Part shown: positions 61,319 through 64,000 of the stretch, in pieces
Position numbering within the stretch: position 1 is the stretch's first letter
How the letters are laid out: the number at the start of each line of letters is the position of its first letter
Assembly: GCA_051294375.1 (NCBI GenBank)
Contig: CM119267.1
Span: 15,850,105 to 15,914,104, forward strand
Length of the DNA: 64,000 nt
Direction of reading: 5' to 3'
Origin: Paraspadella gotoi
Lineage: Eukaryota > Animalia > Chaetognatha
Translations under genes and position numbers: made by a program
The notes under the pieces: generated by a model
The model's input: only the letters and a program-made list of their open reading frames with translations
Told to the model about the DNA's origin: nothing
The model's database searches: none

Positions 61319-62633
61319 ATGAGTGGACAGCGATCTCGCGGGAGGGGCCGCGGCGGCGTTGGAGGCCGCGGAGCCGCCGCCCACTATGGAACCGAATTTG
61401 AAGGAAGGGGAGGCGGAAGAGGCGGCAGAAGCGGCGGGCCTGGAACCTATCCGTATTCCGGACATTATCCCGATCCTTACTATGACCCCTACTACGGCAA
61501 CGCCCCTAACCAAACGTATTCCACCCGTTATCCCAACGTCAATTATTCTCAATCGTACCCCCCACCACCACCCCCACCTCCGATACGAGGAGGTTGGGGG
61601 CGCGGAAAGCAGGGATTAGGTTACAACTCTAAGACCAAGGGTTATGAAACAATGGAAGAAACGAAAGCAGCTCCAGTAGCGCCGGTTGAACCGCCTCCTG
61701 TCGTGGAAGGATATGCGGAGGAGGGCATGGACGCTTCACCGTCGACAGGTAATAAATGACAATTACTTGAATTGGAGCCGGGCACATTTGACGACAACTT
61801 TGAGAGTGAGCCAGGATGTGAGCATTTGTGTCGAATCCTAAGTGACAATTAACATCATCCATTTGTTTCATTTTGAAGCGCAATTTTCGTCTTCCTTTTT
61901 TTCAGGCATCGACTACGAAAAAAGTCAATACAAGTGCTACGTTTGCAACATATGGACGAACACGGAAGTCATTCTCAACACGCACCTCTCCGGGAAAACA
62001 CACATAAAGAAATTGGAGCAGGCCGGCCCTAACTCTTTCCTCCCACCCGTTAGCCTCGGCCCCGTCCCGGTTAACGAACTAATGAAAGCGGAAAGAGTCA
62101 AAACCGGGGACAAACGTAAATTTAGCGACATCGATCCCACCAACAAGGGGCACTTCACTTGCGAAGTTTGCACTTTGGAGTTTAATTCCCGCGTCGTCTT
62201 CGAGACTCACATTCAAGGAAAGAAACACGCCCGTATGTTGAAAGTCATAGAAGAGATAAAGTCGGAAAATGTGGAAGTGAGCTGTACCGTTTGCAACTTC
62301 ATCGCTACCAGCGACGTGCATCTCAAGGCTCATCTCGAAGGAAAGAATCACAAGAGGAAAATGGAGGCGAGCGGGAAGACGTTGACTGACGACGGGGCCA
62401 CTTCGTCGTCGTTCGGACTTCCGAAGGCAAAAAAAGCCAGGGACTCAGTTTGGGATGGATATTACGAAGAAACGGGAGAAACGAACGAAGATGAAGGGGG
62501 ATACGAGAATTACGAAGGTTACGAAGGCTACGAAGAAGGCTTTGGAGGTGGTTACGAAGGTGGTTATGAGGGAGGCTATGAGGAAACATACGAGGGTAAC
62601 GGCGAAGGCGATAGAGGTTATTATGGCTACTAG
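61319..62633 (+). CDS. RGG-rich protein with three matrin/U1-type C2H2 zinc fingers (ZNF385/ZNF346-like) and an acidic Gly/Tyr/Glu tail
   Basis: Exons 61319-61748 and 61906-62633. Fingers CYVC...HLSGKTH, CEVC...HIQGKKH, CTVC...HLEGKNH; N-terminal RGG repeats; YEGG repeats. Confidence 0.8.
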
Positions 62634-63505
62634 GCAGGTGATGAATGGAATATATTTTGCAAGGAGCACAATGAAATTCTTGTAAAGTACATACCATCCT
62701 TTCCTTGCCTTATTACTGATCACGCCAAGCTACACTTCAACCAGAGAAGCTGCCGATTTTTATTAAACGAGGTACCGCCAGCCGAAATTAAACTCGGTGT
62801 AGATGGTTGACGTTCCTCTTTTTTTTTCCCCCTATTTTTTTAAAAATTAATTCAAACTAAGTTATGGGTTACTTTTAGTTTTACTAGTTATTTTAATTGA
62901 AAAAACTTTTCAAAATCAAAAATACAAAAATAAAATTTAAAACAAAATTATTTGGTATTATTTATAACTTATGTTTGAATTGATTTTTCAGAAATTTTGC
63001 TTCTTAGTATGAATTTAAAGACTATATTAATTCCGATGCGAGATTGATAAACAGTTAAGTCGCAACACTATAAGTATAACTTTTATCTTATTACAAAAAT
63101 TAGTTTATAAGCTAGTAAGATTTTGTAAAATATTTTTTTCTTAATATACGTCATTACTTAATTTCCAGTTTCAAAAGAAAAGTGTTAGTATGATCGAAAG
63201 GGATATTTTATATTTATTAACTACGATTAAATAAATTGATTTCATTTGCTTTTTCACCTGAACATTTCATATTACCTTAGGATTCCGATCAATGGACGGG
63301 GGATGGTAAACTGATAAAACGGAGGATTCTAATCGTGTCTCGTTGATGTCATCTGTTGCGACTTAAAAGCAAATTCCCATGTAATTATCCATTGTTTTTT
63401 CACCTACGTAGCAATCAATATATTCATTATGCATTTTTGATTTCATTAGGGCCCAATTCATAATTGTCACTGTTTCAAATTAAAGCATCTTTCGTTCAGT
63501 TGATA

Positions 63506-64000
63506 ATGACATCTCTTAAAATATTTCGAGGATATCTTTCGCCGAATTACGTTTGCAAAAGGCACTTTTTCCTCAGTTCTGTCAATAGCCAAAACAAGAC
63601 GGAATCGAGCTCGGAATTCGATTCCCGATTCGTCAAAAGCTTGTGGCAACGAAATATACAGCCGCGGCAGAAGGGCTCGGGAAACCTAGAGGCTGAGCCT
63701 GTTTCTAGTGATTCCTTTGGTTCTCTCGCCCAAAAAGACTTCGTCGAGAGAATAGCGAATCTTCAAAGAACTTGGGGTCTCGATGGTATGGCCGACGACG
63801 ATAACGTCACGTCTTCACTCGTCCCGCAAGCGACACCGAAGTCGGATAGGGAAAGCGACAAACCGTCTTTGCTATTCCCTGCCGAGACGCTAAAAACCAA
63901 ATCCAAGGCCAGGTCCCACTTCCGTTTTACTTCCAGGAGGGCGGGAAGAAGAACCGTAGAGTGGTATGAGGAAAAGATCCAATCCTTTGTTGAAAAAGGT
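63506..64000 (+). CDS. 5' part of a probable mitochondrial PPR protein (PTCD1-like), truncated by the window edge
   Basis: Open frame MTSLKIFRGYLSPNYVCKRHFFLSS... runs to the window end. SDSFGSLA and RRTVEWYEEKIQSFVEKG resemble the PTCD1 SFGTLS and RNTPYWY...KEG motifs. Confidence 0.55.
   Translation, partial: MTSLKIFRGYLSPNYVCKRHFFLSSVNSQNKTESSSEFDSRFVKSLWQRNIQPRQKGSGNLEAEPVSSDSFGSLAQKDFVERIANLQRTWGLDGMADDDNVTSSLVPQATPKSDRESDKPSLLFPAETLKTKSKARSHFRFTSRRAGRRTVEWYEEKIQSFVEKG

Overview
Eukaryotic (invertebrate metazoan) genomic DNA with spliceosomal introns, AT-rich intergenic DNA, (GA)n microsatellites and one 25-N assembly gap. The window has four parts. (i) 1.7-10 kb, minus strand: a GAP1-family RASA4/RASAL1-like gene (C2-C2-RasGAP-PH-BTK) whose arginine finger appears replaced by Ser and which has several single-base frameshifts, probably consensus errors. 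(ii) 10.7-18.5 kb: a 9-exon gene of about 1500 aa joining a multi-pass membrane segment, a ~1000-aa helical-repeat rod and a C-terminal dynein-heavy-chain-type microtubule-binding domain with no motor. Its intron 2 holds a complete 0.7-kb miniature LTR element (TRIM) with a tRNA-like module in each LTR. (iii) 19.3-34.5 kb: a JADE/rhinoceros-like PHD gene with a Nodal-like TGF-beta gene nested antisense in one intron. (iv) 35-64 kb: eleven co-oriented, mostly intron-poor housekeeping genes (MRPS22, C2orf69, TEX10, CLPB, OCRL/INPP5B, LENG8, LIG3, MRPS27, TAF6L, a matrin-type zinc-finger gene, a PTCD1-like gene). Several are separated by only 46-156 bp and have a splice acceptor just before the ATG, which suggests trans-spliced operons. 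All gene identities come from motif recognition by eye, not database searches, and exon boundaries were inferred by hand.
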